The translations under genes and the position numbers were made by a program. The notes under the pieces are model-generated. The model had not been told where the DNA came from. It did no database searches and saw only the letters and a program-made list of their open reading frames with translations. DNA of 64,000 bases. Origin: Chrysomallon squamiferum. Taxonomy: Eukaryota > Animalia > Mollusca. The stretch lies in the NCBI GenBank assembly GCA_012295275.1, contig CM022679.1:3906001-3970000 (forward strand), in the 5' to 3' direction. Positions 40,071 through 54,464 of the stretch are shown here, piece after piece (the first letter of the stretch is position 1; each line of letters begins with the position of its first letter).

Positions 40071-41357
40071 AATAAATTAATTAAAAAAAAATAATAATAG
40101 TAATAATATCACACTTATCTATTCAGTAACTGCACTATGTAAACAGTCTGATAAATATGTGCGTGTTTGGCCCGAGGCAGAGGCACGGTTCGGCTATAGA
40201 TCACTAGATATCGACAGACGGTGTATAAATCCAAAGTGCGTATCGATCCTGCAGTTTCTGTATGAAGGGTTTTGTTCCATCGGTTATCCAAAGAAACCGG
40301 AAGAAAAGAAGCTAGGGGAAAAAAAAAAAAAAAAAGCCTCGTTTGTTTTACGAAGACACACGGAGAAAATATTTTAGATGCGTCTGGAAAAGATTAGACA
40401 ATAATGGGCTGTAGATCGATTAAAAAAAAAAAAAAAAAAAAAAAAAAGAAGAAGAAGAAGCAAAGAAAAAGAAAAAAGTGAAAGACAGAAATGGAAAATT
40501 TAAAAATAACGTAAATCATTTCCAGTGTGCTATTTCATTTGTCTAAGCTTTAATATTATTATTTAGACAATTAACTTTAAAAGCGTTTTCGTTTATGTTC
40601 CATGAACAAAAAAAAAAAAAAAAGAAGCAGTAAAAAACGAAACTGATGAAATAAATAAATGAAGTGGAATAAAAACAGTAAATCCAGAGGATTTTAAACA
40701 CATATAAAATAAAAAAAAAATATTTATTTTAATGCTTCTAAACACATTTTTCCGTTAACGCAAATTAGACGTCACTTATCTAATTCTGAAATATTTAAAA
40801 CTATGCTGTATGCGCTACCAGAACCGACATACAAATCAGTCAGAAGTAGTAATGGTAATTGTGATGACTGGGCTGGTGGTAGTAGTAGCAGTAGAAAAAG
40901 CAATAGTTGTAGTAGTGGTTATAGTAGCAGCAGCAGTAGTAAAAGTCGTGGTCGTTGGGGGGGGTGGTTATAATAGTAAAATAAAATATCTGAAGGTAAA
41001 CAAATATTAAGCTGAAATAATTTTTCACGGAATTCTATAACATATGTAGAAAGGTAATTCTGCAAAAACCCTGCCCGTAACACTTCAACATTCCTCCTCG
41101 AAAATTTAACCGTATCAGTAACAGCAGCAATGTAAAGCTTTTCAGGACCATGTGCAAGTTATGATAAAACAGGTGCATACTACTGAATAATAATGATAAT
41201 AACACACACATAAAACGACAAAAACAACAACAAAAAATAACAAATAAAAATAACAAACAAACAACATAATTATTATTAATATAAAAAATCATTTTGTATT
41301 AATTAAAAAACTTCTTAATTTTCCGTTTAAAAAATTGAATACTGAATTGCTGCTCCC

Positions 41358-41396
<39 letters not shown>

Positions 41397-43729
41397 ACAT
41401 ATTATAATATACAAAAACACGCATACACATACATGCATAAGATATATATGTATGTGTGTGTGTATATTTGTATAAATAGATATACATATAGATATTCAGA
41501 CATACGTAAAATATACACATATTTTTATTCATACACACACTATCTGTTTACACATCATATCTATATTGACACAACAGCTTTTGTAGCAGTTGGGTGTGTG
41601 TGTGAATTAAAGTTAAATAAACAATTTTACAATCTAGAGAAAGAAAGAAAGAAAGAAAGAAAAATGAGATTTAATATTTATCAAGTAAAATTCCGAAAAA
41701 GCTTTAGATGAAAGAGTATTTTAATCATTTTTTACACGCTTCGACAAATTCAAATAATTAAGTCGATTTCGTCTAAAAATAAATAGGATCGATTAATGGA
41801 CTGTTCATTCTTTCAGAATTAATTCTGTAATTTAAATTCCTTCTATTTTTTTTTTTTTTTTTTTCGTTTTTCGTCGTCTCTCTGTCTCTAACTCTCTCTC
41901 TCTAAGATTTTTATTTACAATAGTATCGTTTAATTAGCCATTGTTTAAATAAAACTATAATATTATGCTGAATATATTAGCAGCATCCTGTATAAAACAA
42001 AACTGTTACCAGTCGTTTTATGTATACGTGATGAAAGCACACACGCAGAGGTACACACAATCAATAATATCGACCATGATGAAAAGAGTCAGTGAAACTG
42101 CAGCACGAACATGAACACTTATTAAAAAATTAGCAATATGATATAACATCAAACGTATATACGAATTTGTGTATTTATGTTTGTGAGTACCTTTTCATAT
42201 ATGTGTGTGTCTGTTACATTTTTATGTTTTATGTACGTGTTTTTCTATGTATATGCATATGTATAAACACAAGTACCCAAATAAATAAGTAATAATAGTA
42301 AAATGGGGAAAAAAAACAAAAAAAAAAATTTAATTCATAAAATAGTTTAAAGTTTAGATTATTTATTGCTGTATGTACTCAAAGGCCAAGGCTTCTGTAT
42401 TAATTGGAAACCGTTAATTCAGTCTATAAACTAATAACGCCGGTTGATTCAGCTGATAAACGGCCGTGCCGGGTTTTCGCCAGTCCTTTCATAGCTAATC
42501 TCCATAACTCACCGCGCGTTCAATTGGCAGTGATTGTCGTTTGTTCCAAAACTCGAGTACTGCAGTTCATATTTTATTTCAGCGGGCTATGCTCAAGCAC
42601 GGGTTAGCAACAGTATAATGGAACCAATTAGATATCGCCAAAACTTAACATGTTTTGGTTTTGCTTCTCAGTTCTATAATAATAGTCTATATGTGTGTAT
42701 GTGTGAGACCGGGTACCCCGGGCAAAAACACTTCTGTAATCGCGTGCTAAGCACTCATTAGCGAATATTTGCAAAAAATGGAAGACGTTGTTTCTTTGTT
42801 TCTGCGGTTAGCCTGTTGTTTGGTTGTTATGTGGAATTAGAGTGACATATGGTCTATGCTTTTGTTTCGATTTATAAATTATAATGAAACAAATAAATAA
42901 ATAATGAAAAATAATAATAAAAACAAAATACAAAATAAATAAATTAGGGATGGTTAAAAAGACTAATATCACAATTTTTTAGTATTACTATTACAAAAAG
43001 AAAAAAGAAAAGAAAGAAAGAAAGAAAAAAACACTTGGTGTAAAAAATTGATGCAGATATAGGTGGGTGGATATATAGACTGAGAACATTATACTAATGA
43101 ATCCCATTCAAACGATTAAGTGAAGAAAAACAGATGTTATCCAACATGATTTTCGTTCAATCATTCGCTTGTAAAACTGTATGTAAAGTCATCCCAAATT
43201 CCTTCAGCCTACACATCCAACTCCTTCTTATCCACCTTCAACGCCCATTTCCTTACCTAGCGGTCCTTTCTCCCACATATCCATTCAGGCGTTAACATCC
43301 AACCGCTTGTCCATCCAATTTAGTCAAGCGCTCATTCAACCACCTATTCTTGACGAATGAAATGTCCAAACAGATAAACAATGAGAATGTGGAAAACGGG
43401 AAATCGCGTGTGACTTTTTAGAAGACAGTTGTCGGTGCACGTGGTGTTGGTAGTCTGTGTACGATCCATTTATATGAATTATATTTTAGTGCAAGTTATT
43501 TTAATACAGTGTATATCTATAACAAACACATAATCATTTCTAAACATTTCCCCAACGACTGATAATTAAGAATTATATTTACACTCCTAGTATGTTAATA
43601 TGGTAATACCGGCAAATAAAGTTAATTAAAACGTATATCGAAATGTAGAACATACATATATACTATTTATATTTGCTATCCATTTTTCAAATCAGATGTC
43701 TTCGAGTGCAAATAGCCCTAAAGCGAAAT

Positions 43730-44150
43730 AATGAACACGTCACAATTCAGGTATTTCCAAAGAGAAACTCACCTTTGACTACTCCCATTTACCTGAAGAA
43801 ATAACCAATCAAAGATAACGAAAAAAGCACGTGATCCTTTAAACGAACACAAAGCAAGAGTACCTGTTGTCGTTACGTTGTAATATCACGAAATATATTA
43901 CCTGATGATCTAATAATGGATTAAGTGGTATCTTTCGGACATTTCCGATGAAGGACAGGTTCTTTACGTTGTGACGTAGACAATCTTTAGGCGATGATAT
44001 CTCTCCGAAGAGTTGAGGGCAAAGCGAAGTGACAGTGTTTGTAGCTTCCATTGATCCATCATGGCGTCGAAGTAAACTTCCGATGAAACTTGTTGAAGTT
44101 ATTAATTTTCAAACGGACCACGATTACCAGTCTGGTTACAATAATTGGAT
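43730..44150 (+). promoter_or_regulatory. Candidate CpG-rich promoter / 5' UTR of sidekick
   Basis: CCAAT at 43805, E-box CACGTG at 43828, TGACGT at 43972, YY1-like ATGGCG at 44061, ETS-like ACTTCCG at 44076. CpG depletion starts just after the signal-peptide exon. Confidence 0.5.
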
Positions 44151-44482
44151 TATAAGTGTTGACATCTGTCAGTGTTTGTTGAATGATTTATTTTTAAAAA
44201 GTTAAAAGAGTTTTGGTGTTTTAATTATAAAATATTTAGAAACTGCCGGCTGACATCAGCAGTGCTGCAATCTTTAACCAGTTTAGGTCTTATGACACCT
44301 GTAGGCATATTAAAATTGTAAATGTTATTTAGCTACATTTCATGAACTATATTCGAAGGATTTTAATTTATTATAAGAATAGATTTTTTTTATAATATTT
44401 TATACAAGTGTCTTGAAGGCAAATAGATTTTTAAAAGGCACACGATGAAAAGGAGTATATTCATTCTTGTAAGGAGGTGAAA

Positions 44483-44582
44483 ATGTTGAAAATCAACGGA
44501 ATTTACGCAAGGAACCCAGCAAGAAAGAAATTTCATCTGTTGTTCCTTGTTTGCCTTTTCCAGATGATAAAAACTGATGAAG
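44483..44582 (+). CDS. sdk: Sidekick coding exon 1 (signal peptide MLKINGIYARNPARKKFHLLFLVCLFQMIKTDE)
   Basis: First ATG after an in-frame TAA. Basic n-region plus hydrophobic core. Strong donor AAG|GTGAGA, phase 1, matches the phase-1 acceptor at 59637 to give ...KTDE-V-FQYPPQQ. Confidence 0.65.
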
Positions 44583-44637
44583 GTGAGAATTAACATATTT
44601 GAATATACTGTTTAAATTAATAACTAACTAATAAAAT

Positions 44638-44639
<2 letters not shown>

Positions 44640-44720
<81 letters not shown>
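44640..44720. repeat. (CT)n microsatellite at the start of sdk intron 1
   Basis: Direct reading. Confidence 0.97.
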
Positions 44721-44723
<3 letters not shown>

Positions 44724-46009
44724 TAAATTCTAGAGTTTAGTGTTTAAACATCTTGCTCAGACATTCATTCTTATTGCAAAAGAGACTAATAATATCTGGC
44801 ATGTGTCAGTTTAGAAGATACTCACATTTCTATTGATTGATTAAACACGAGACCTCTGATCTGTGAAAGAACAGCTTAGTGCAATATAGCTTATACCAAG
44901 GATCTAACTAATATTCCTAAAGGTTTCATGTAAGCAATCATGGTACCGTAAAAAGATACAAAATGAAAACTGGGCATTCCATTATGTCTGTCTGTTCATG
45001 AGCTGCCACCAGACTGATTATTTTGATGTGAAAATCAAGATATTAATTTACCTTGGAGGATTCATTGGGTTACATAGATATTTCTGATTAATAATATAAT
45101 GTAGACATTGTTCACATCATTTAATGTGTATTGATAATAATAAAAATGTATTTAATATTTATAACATTATACCACTTAAAAAAATAAAAATAAAAATAAA
45201 AATAAAAATAAAAAAAAAATAAAAATAAAAATAAAAATAAAATAATAATATTAACAAGCCCAAAAAATACAAACAAAAAATTCTCCCAAAATGAATAAAA
45301 CAACAACATCCAAAAAACTCCACAATAACAAACAAAAAAGAACCAATTAAATGTATGCTCTCTGGAAATGTTTTTAGTATATGCATCATACAAAGATCAG
45401 TTTTAATTGTGAAATAGGTGCATAACCATGCAAAACACAAATTAAAAGTTATATCTTTCACAAGTAAGTATATCGTATTTTAATATAATTATAATATAAT
45501 AAAAAATAGTATATTATATTTTATATACATATAAACACTGTATGTTACAGCAGTATGGAATATAAGACTATCAAGCAACACAATAGAATAAAAAAGAGGA
45601 AACACTGTCAGATTTTGTCTTGCTATTTATATTTGTTTGGTAATGGTAGATATTAGTCACATCCTTATTGTCTCTGTACTTTGCTGAATCACTGACATGC
45701 ATTCAGCCATGATATATTCCTTTTATTTCATCATGATGTTTTCATTGCTCAGAAATCTATATTCATTCAAGTTATATAGAAATACTGCACTGCAAGCCAC
45801 AACTGCATGTTTAATGTAGTCTTTTTTCCTGTTTTTCGTTTTTATTTTTTTATACTAGCCAGGAAGAATTTTACCTAGTTTTATTTAGTTATAATGGAAG
45901 TTTCAAGAATATATATATATATATATTACTATTATTATTAAATACATATTTTAATCTTAATGTTTATTGGATGTTATGTAGCTTTTGTGTTATAATTTGT
46001 TCTAACATG

Positions 46010-46200
46010 ACATGGGAAACTGATAGGCAACAACTATTTACTGCTAGTAGCAAAGGGATCTCTTTGTAATCACTCATCAAAGACAGGAAAGTACTTACCA
46101 CAGCTGTGAAACTGTGAGAAACAGCTCAGTGAGATAACTAGAAGGATTGTCTAGCCTGCAACTACATTCATCTCAGATCTTTATTCTGTCATTGTACTAG
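46010..46200 (+). mobile_element. Possible highly decayed SINE-like relic
   Basis: AGTAGCAAAGGGATCTCTTT...AGACAGGAAAGTACTTACCACAGC resembles, from memory, a core of an abundant gastropod interspersed repeat. A weakly related stretch (ACAGCAACAGATCTTTTA...TACTGGCTAGAACAGGAAAAA) lies at ~63150-63260. Confidence 0.3.
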
Positions 46201-48553
46201 AGCTGAGTGAGTAGGTAGTATTTTAGACAAGAGTGCTAACACGAGACACAATGTTTTAAAGATCAGTCAATTATCAGTATATCACTAGATGGTTCTTTGT
46301 TGCTTGTGGTTCACTAGAACATGACCATGACTGGTTTGTGAAAGACTATTCTGTGTACTTTCTTGTCAATTAAAAATCTTCATGCATCACAATTATTTGC
46401 TTAATATATTGTAATTAATAACACAATATGCCTTAAAATGAAAAAAATTTGATTGTTAAAGATTTTTAGATTTATAATTCCAGGTTTTGCTGAAATAACA
46501 ATATTTTGTGTATGGAATAATGAAACATTTACAAATTTTCAGTGTCAGTATGAATGTCACGACCTTATTGACAAATACTATATCATCATTTTTCAAATGC
46601 AGATAAAAAAATATAAGGGAAATATTTATCGCCACTACGTTTAAACAGTATAATATGGTAGGTTTTCAAGGATGTTCTTTCATGCTAATTATATGTAACA
46701 GAATATAACAATATATCAAAAGATATAATGATTGTGTTTTCATCAATCTGATTGTAATGTAACACTATAGTTAGAGATTCACCAACTCTTCTATCTAAAA
46801 TCTGTAAACGATAATTTTTTTTTTTTTTTTTTTTTTTAAATGCAGGATTCACACTAATCCCTTTTCTGGTTTCACTGAGAGAGCTGAAACCAGTTGAAAC
46901 ATTTCCAGATCAGCTAAAACCTGAACAGATAGCAAAATGTTGATTTTGAAAGCATAATCAATTCGTAGGTGTTGAGTTTTCAGTAACAAAACCATTATAG
47001 CGGCTCTCTATTGAAATCTCCCCTCTTAGCCATTGTAAGGTGCAAGTCTGATAGCATTCATATTGGAAATTGTGTCCGGTGCGAGGCCTGTGGAAACTGA
47101 TACCATGGCTGAATCTTTTCTCCAGAGACACATTAATTAGTGCCACAGCAGAATTAGTTTTATGAGGAGATTCTGTCAAAGTGTTCTGAAGTAACTCCCT
47201 ACACTGATAACAATCGGATAATGTAATTAGAGTTTATTCTTGTGTCTCATTCCTTTATTTACTGTTACTGCATGTCAGACTTGAAAAGGTCAGGCAGGCT
47301 AAAAGTTTTGTCCATAACATTCTGCTGTGACTTGGGGTCACTTGGTTTCATACATTGCTGTAATTTTGGCTATGAATTTGATTAATTGCATCAAAATATT
47401 GTGCCGTATTTGGTTGTAAATGTTATAAATCCATCCATATTCATTGAGTCATTAGTCTTTTATTTATACATTTGAGCAACAATTACTGAAAATAGATGTT
47501 AAAGATTGTACAGCACTTAGTACTATACTGAAGAATGTGCAACCAGTGCAATTTAACTGCACATTATACTTACAGAATTTCTCTTAATATACAGTGAAGT
47601 AATAACCTGTCAGTAGTTTTAATATTCAACATTCCAGATTAGACTATATCGAACATTATATAATTATTTTTTCAAGTATATATTAATGCAGCAATATTGT
47701 TTAATGTCAAAGCCAAAATTCAGTTTGTGTAATGTGCATTGATAATACATTGTGAAGAATTCAAACAAATCCATTGCAAACAAAACACAATGCTCTGTTC
47801 CTTATTACAGAACAGGTCAGTTCTAGTTTTGTTACAACTGCTATAAATTTTGAGAAAATAATAAATCAAATCCAACATAACCAAGTGTAATCTTGACAAT
47901 ATTCATGATCATGCTGTGCACTGTGGGAAAGAAGATTTGTGAAAGGTAATATCAGTAAACACTATACTGTGACGTCATTCTGTGGATTAAGAATCATTAG
48001 TCCTTATTTAAATTAGCATTTGTTTTTATTCATTTGTTACAAATTCCATGTAGAGTAGTTGCAACATATAATTTTGCATTATTCATCTCTCCATAACAGC
48101 AGAATTTTGTAATATTTTGTAATTTTCCTTTTTTTGGGGTTATTAAGTTTAATTTTTTTTTAGTGTATTTAACTGTTTTGCATTTTTCCTCAACAAGTTG
48201 ATGTTAGATTTGCAATATTTTCAATATTGCAACTCAGTTTAGTCAGAATTTTATTTTTTTCTTGAAAGATTTTAGTGATTTCAAAGACTGCAATTTGTTA
48301 CAACATTTCATTTTTATTTACCACTGTAGTGGCTTTTTATTTCATTTACAGAGGGAAAGATAGACTTTTACTTTCTTCTAGAAGAAATCTTCAAAGTGAA
48401 GTTGGTTTATGTTGAAGGAAATAACTAATCGATTGCCTTCCTTCTATTTTTTAATGCTGTTTTTTGGTTGCTATTGATCAATTAAAATTTTTAAGAGATT
48501 TTGTCCTGACATTCTCTTTCCATAAAGATGTGTGTGTGTGTGTGTCTGTGTAT

Positions 48554-48584
<31 letters not shown>

Positions 48585-49934
48585 CACACATATATATATA
48601 TATATGCATACATATATCTATATAAATTTCAAATAAATACATGCTATGAATGTAACACACACATTCTCATAGAAAAATATTTGTAAAAACAATTTATTTA
48701 TCTTCAGCATAAATCTGTTATTCCATTCTGTCCATTAATCTACTAATCTATCCATCAATCTGTCTGTACAGGACATGTAAGTGATGACAGAGTAATGTTT
48801 TTCAAAGGTAAGTCAGAGGACATAAAATTTCATATAATCTGTATCTGTCCATCTACATGCACACACATATACACATGCATACATCTATCAGTTTTTTTAA
48901 ATCAGTATATTAGAATTAATAAACATTTCATGCTCAATACTTAGATAATTAATGACACATATATATATACTTACCCAGTACATATTTTTTTTTGTTTTAC
49001 CACGTAACTATAGATCTGCAAACTGTTATTTGTGTAATTTGTTCCAGGATAATTTATATTAAACAATACATTTGTCACATGTTATATAGATATTCATACA
49101 GTTGTTTGTGATAGTATAGACAAGTGGATATAATATATATTTCTTTTGCTCAAGTGCTAGTTTTATGACATTACAGATAAATGATTAAAGTCTGGGTTTT
49201 TTTTTCAGTGTCATTAAATTTATATCATAACAGTCATCTTGTATGACTTTTGATGTGATATTATTTAGTTACTGACTAAAATATGTATCCACTTGTGTAC
49301 TTATAGTGACTTTCCTATTGTTGGTGACTTAGTGATCCAGTACTTTGATATATAATAGTATCCAGTTTATCATAATACTTTTTTTTAATTCTTATTCCAC
49401 AACAGTGCCTAAATAATGTCTAACCCTACCTCCTAGTTAAATATTTCACTTTAGGTATTTATTCTTACATTTTTCTGAAAATATCAGTGATGTCAGATAC
49501 TGATGTACACAGTTATTTCCATTAGAATATGCAGTTTGACTTAGAACATGCTCTTTGTAGTATTTAAGTAGCAACCAGTAAATTAAAGTTGTTTGAAAAG
49601 AAAATGTTTTATGTTTGAATAAATCATTATGAAACAAACTCATAGAGAAAGATGTTATTTTTGTTTCTTCAAGTCCTTTTTTTGTACTTGATAAACATTT
49701 GTGTGAATGAATCATGTTTACTGGTGTGATAAATGACAGATGACAAATGACAAAATACAACAGCCAGACTGCAAACATGAATATTGATTTGATAATTATT
49801 ATGGTATTTTGTCATCACGGTCAATTTTGTATAAAGATCACTGTTATCTTTAGCCATATGCAGTGTGTAAAGTTTCATTAAAAGGTCAGGCATTAGTTTG
49901 TTTTATATTTGAACTGTCATTTTAACAGTTAAGG

Positions 49935-49978
<44 letters not shown>

Positions 49979-51827
49979 GCAAACATGCTTATATGCATGC
50001 CATCTTACATGTATATATAAACATTTACATATTAAACACTTATTCAGATGAATAAATTTAAAATGTTTTAATAGTTTTAGAATACATACAGGCCAATTGT
50101 TGTTGTTATTATCTTCACTGTTGACTAATATAGTACTGGAGTAAGAAAATCTTGTTTACAGCTATCAGAAATCATTTGTGTGTTATCTAAATGGAATCTG
50201 TCGACATCATCCAACTTAATTGTCTTCATTTTCCATATTTATCATTATTTTCCACTCTACAGGGTAACCAAGGAACCTGATATCTACACTGTGTGGCCTG
50301 CAATTCTCAAGTCTCTTTCAGAACAATCACCAGTCACCAAGATCATTTGGACATTCGGAATAATTGTTGTTATTACTGTATTAATCTTTTGTTTAAAGCC
50401 AATTCTGGTACAGGCTGTATATTTTTGTACATCTATTAGTAAACAAATTTCTATTTATATACATGTATTTAGCTAGGTAAATTATACATATTAACTACTT
50501 TTTTTTTTTTACATTTTTATTGTTCTCATTTTCTCTTATTTTTGGATACTTTTTCTGTCATTGGCAAAGTTTCAGTGAAATTACAGATGTTTGTGACATT
50601 AATTGACATTGACCTTTTGCAAGTAAAGAAAGATATATTGATGTTTTGTATAAATAACACATCTTGAGCCCCTTATTGGCAGCATCTTTTGATTGAAAAA
50701 CTGCATGTAAAATAAGAAAGAATAAAACAAATAAAAAGAATATAAAAATTTATAATATAATATAGAGAAAAAAAAAAAAAAATCCCTGAAAACATTGCAG
50801 ACTTGTCAATTTAAAAATTAGTTTCATAAATATCAAAATAAAGTGGAAATCATTTTGTGAATCGTGTGAAGGATTACGTTTTTTTTTTTTTTTATAGATT
50901 TGTTATTGTAATTAAAATGAAAAACATTGTAGAAAATGTTTTATTTTAAACTTATTTTTGATGAAACTAAAATGAAGACCTGACATTCTATTTTGAACAA
51001 TCACTGTGAAAATAATTATAAAAATAATATAACTTTGTACAGATTTTGTTAATAAGTTACAATTAAAACAATAAAAATTGAAAATTGAAAAATAATAAAA
51101 TTTTGTGTATAAAGGTAATAAAAAATTGTTTTTAATTTTTTAAGATGTAACAACTTATTTTTTTTTACACATAATTTTATTTGAAATAATTAATATAATT
51201 AACAGAAAAATATATACGTGTGTGTGTGTGTGTTTTCTAATTTAGCACCTCTACATACTAGCTAATAGCATAATATATTCTCTTCTTATAAATATAAACT
51301 AATTAATCAGTTATTGCTTATGAATGCATAAGTATTAAATTAGATACTTTTTCTATTTTTAATTGTTTTATTTAATAATTATATTTTTAAAAATAAAGAA
51401 TAAACCTAGAGAAAAAAAAAGAAATGAAAAATTATACAAACCACATTTTAAAAAAAGCCACAAGAAAACAAAACAATAAGAAAAGAAAAATGACACAAGT
51501 TAAGAAAATTGTTTTTTCAAAAATCTATTTTGTGCAGTGCACAAACTTAACTACATGTAACCTGTCTGTCACTGGCACTAATCTTTCTATTAAAAACACA
51601 CTGTCTGGGATAAAATGGCCTGTTGCCTGAACATGTCCTATTAACTTCCATCCGATGACCCTCGTGGGAAATTAGTTCTAGATCAGCTGTAAACACACGG
51701 GCTTGCATCACTTAAACTTCTATTGTGCATGTCTCAAACAAATTTGAAGTTAACACCAGTTTATTCATGGATTTTATTTTTGTTTTTCTCCAGAGGTTTA
51801 TAATTTTTTTGAAAATATCACAACAGG

Positions 51828-51859
<32 letters not shown>

Positions 51860-53239
51860 CAGAGCTCTTCTACTGTTTATTTTTATATTTTACATTTATT
51901 TGACATCTAATTAGCTTTTAATAATTTTATGTTGTGTTGTGCTTGTTTTTTTTTTTTTTTTTTTTGCTGTTGCTTCTATAAAAAGTTCTGATCTATATGT
52001 CATGACCAGTTAATATTTTCTTTTAAAACAAAAACAAAAAAAAACAACTGTAACAACAACATTTAAATCTATAGTTACCCTTTAAAATATTAATTTTAAA
52101 ATATAATTTGAGACAACAATAAAGTCCCTATTTATTTTATTTTATTTTATTTCTTATAGCTTTTAAAAATCTATTGAAGTTATTTTGTCAGCTGACATTA
52201 ATGAGGTTTTAAAATAATTATTACTGAGTTTCTATTTATGGGTTGGAATGTATATATCTATCTGTCTGTCTGTTTAAATATATGTTATATGTATTATTAT
52301 TTTTTAATACTCATCTTTTATTTTTTTTTTTTTTTTTTTTTGGTTAACATTGTCTTTGTTTGCTGACCACATAGCCTTTTGTGGAATGCAGCTATTTTGA
52401 TGTAAAAACAAAACTAATGTTATATATAACTACTGAAATTCCATCAACAGTTGATACTAAATTGATATCTTGTTTTTACTTATAAATATTTGTTTTTATT
52501 TTTTATGAATTGAAATTACAAACTACACTAAAACAAAAAAATACATTACTGATTTGTTTATTCGTGATTTAAAAAACTGTTACATATATTTGTTTCTATA
52601 ATTATTATTATTTTTAACAACTCAGAATTATGTAATCTATTCACATTATATCTATATATGTATGTATTTTTGAAGAGGCAGTTATATATTTAGTTGCAAA
52701 ACCTCCCACCCATATGCACAAACACACACATGTCTATAATGCAGCTAAATTCGCAGTTCTTAAACATGTATAAGAAACTATGATTTTATGACTTGGGTTA
52801 CCACACTTAAAGCTATACAGTGTTGAATTTGTATTAACTTTTTCAACAATTCTGTTCATTTTGAAACTGACTCCTTTCTTTAATGCTGTGTAAAACAGGT
52901 GACTCACAGTACAGGCATGTCATCAGTCACAGCAGAATTCTGAACAGTACTTTTCATTTCTGACCTGTCTGAGTGTTTCAAATACTACAATGTAAATGTT
53001 TACACTATAGTTTTCCCCCTCTCTCTCTCTCTGTTTGTTTATCTCTGTTGTTTACCCTCCAAACAGTTTATCAAAAGAAAGCACAGAATATTTCTTTTTG
53101 AGATGTTTGCCTTTATTCAGACATTTGTATTTGTGATGATGACCGGTAGTGAAATTCAATACAATACAGTAACATATTACCTGGGTATGATACACTTTAT
53201 GTGTATTCATTTCCACTGTGTGACTCAGTTAAATGATCC

Positions 53240-53271
<32 letters not shown>

Positions 53272-53503
53272 GTTGTCTTCTATAAACACTGTACCAAGAG
53301 ACATTTACACAGTGTTTATGTTTACTGGAGCATGCTGTTGCCTTAGGGTGAGCAGCCTGAAGTCTTAGGGCTGGAACCAGCTGCTATTTCTATTACTAAC
53401 ATTTAACATACTGTAGCATTGCTTTGTTCTGTGATCAATTTGTATTGGTTACTTTGACCTTATATAAGCTTACTTGAGTACTATATGTGATAGTGGTGGT
53501 ATG

Positions 53504-53539
<36 letters not shown>

Positions 53540-54385
53540 TTTGAAAAGTTGTTTTCTCAATTGCTAAGAATTAATAATAATTAATTGTGCAGTTTTATGA
53601 ATTTATTTTTGGATGTTAGAGATGTTTTGTTTTTAAAAGTTTTTAATATTTCAAGATTAAAAAAAAGATAACATGCTGCTGCTACTTGTTTATTAGTCCT
53701 TCCCATAGGAAAAAACAAAACAAAAAAAACAACATGTTTTAATACATAGGTTGCTAGAATAGAAAATTTCAACATAATTCAGAAATGGGAAATTACTTAA
53801 AGGAGATATAAAACTAAATATATATATATATATACACACACACAGTGGTCTGGCAAATTTCACAAGTAGTTCTTACACTTTTAAGACTTTGCCAACCCAA
53901 TGACATGTTTTGTTTGTCTGACTTAACTCTTGAAACAACAATGTCAGAATGACTATAACAGATATCAGCCAGCCTTTGCTGATTATATCGATTGAACCAG
54001 TGTAGAGTGTTTATTTTTCAAACTGATTGCACTGTTTCTTGTGATGTTTGAAACCGGTGGAGCCTTAATGTAAATATATCATGACATAGCACCCTTGATA
54101 AGATCCCAGAGAATTAAATGAAAAAAGATGATGTGGGGAGAAAAAATGAGATTGAGATATATAGAGGAAAAAAAAGTAGAGGATAGAAAAAAAGAACTGG
54201 AAAATAAAATAATAAAACAGGAAAAAAAAAAAAAAAAAAAAAAAATAATAAAAAAAAAAAAAAAAAAAAAAAAATAAATGTAGAAAGAAAATATTTATCT
54301 TAATACAATAATTTTGATCTAAAAAGTTAATTAAAATAAGTATTAAAATGTAATTTACAGTATATGCTTTTTTCTTCTTTTTTTT

Positions 54386-54464
<79 letters not shown>

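Noticed and set aside
40159-40377. 72-aa ORF as a third H1-like copy
   Set aside because: No collinear similarity to the H1-like protein found in the frames I examined; GTG start and a poly(A)-derived Lys run.
43839-44051. 70-aa minus-strand ORF at the sdk promoter
   Set aside because: No recognisable domain; such ORFs are expected by chance in a GC-richer promoter region.
50180-50476. 98-aa ORF with a hydrophobic stretch (IIWTFGIIVVITVLIFCL) as an alternative sdk signal exon
   Set aside because: No ATG. Its acceptor at 50263 is phase-incompatible with exon 1 (immediate TAA), and the hydrophobicity derives partly from low-complexity TTG/TTA sequence.
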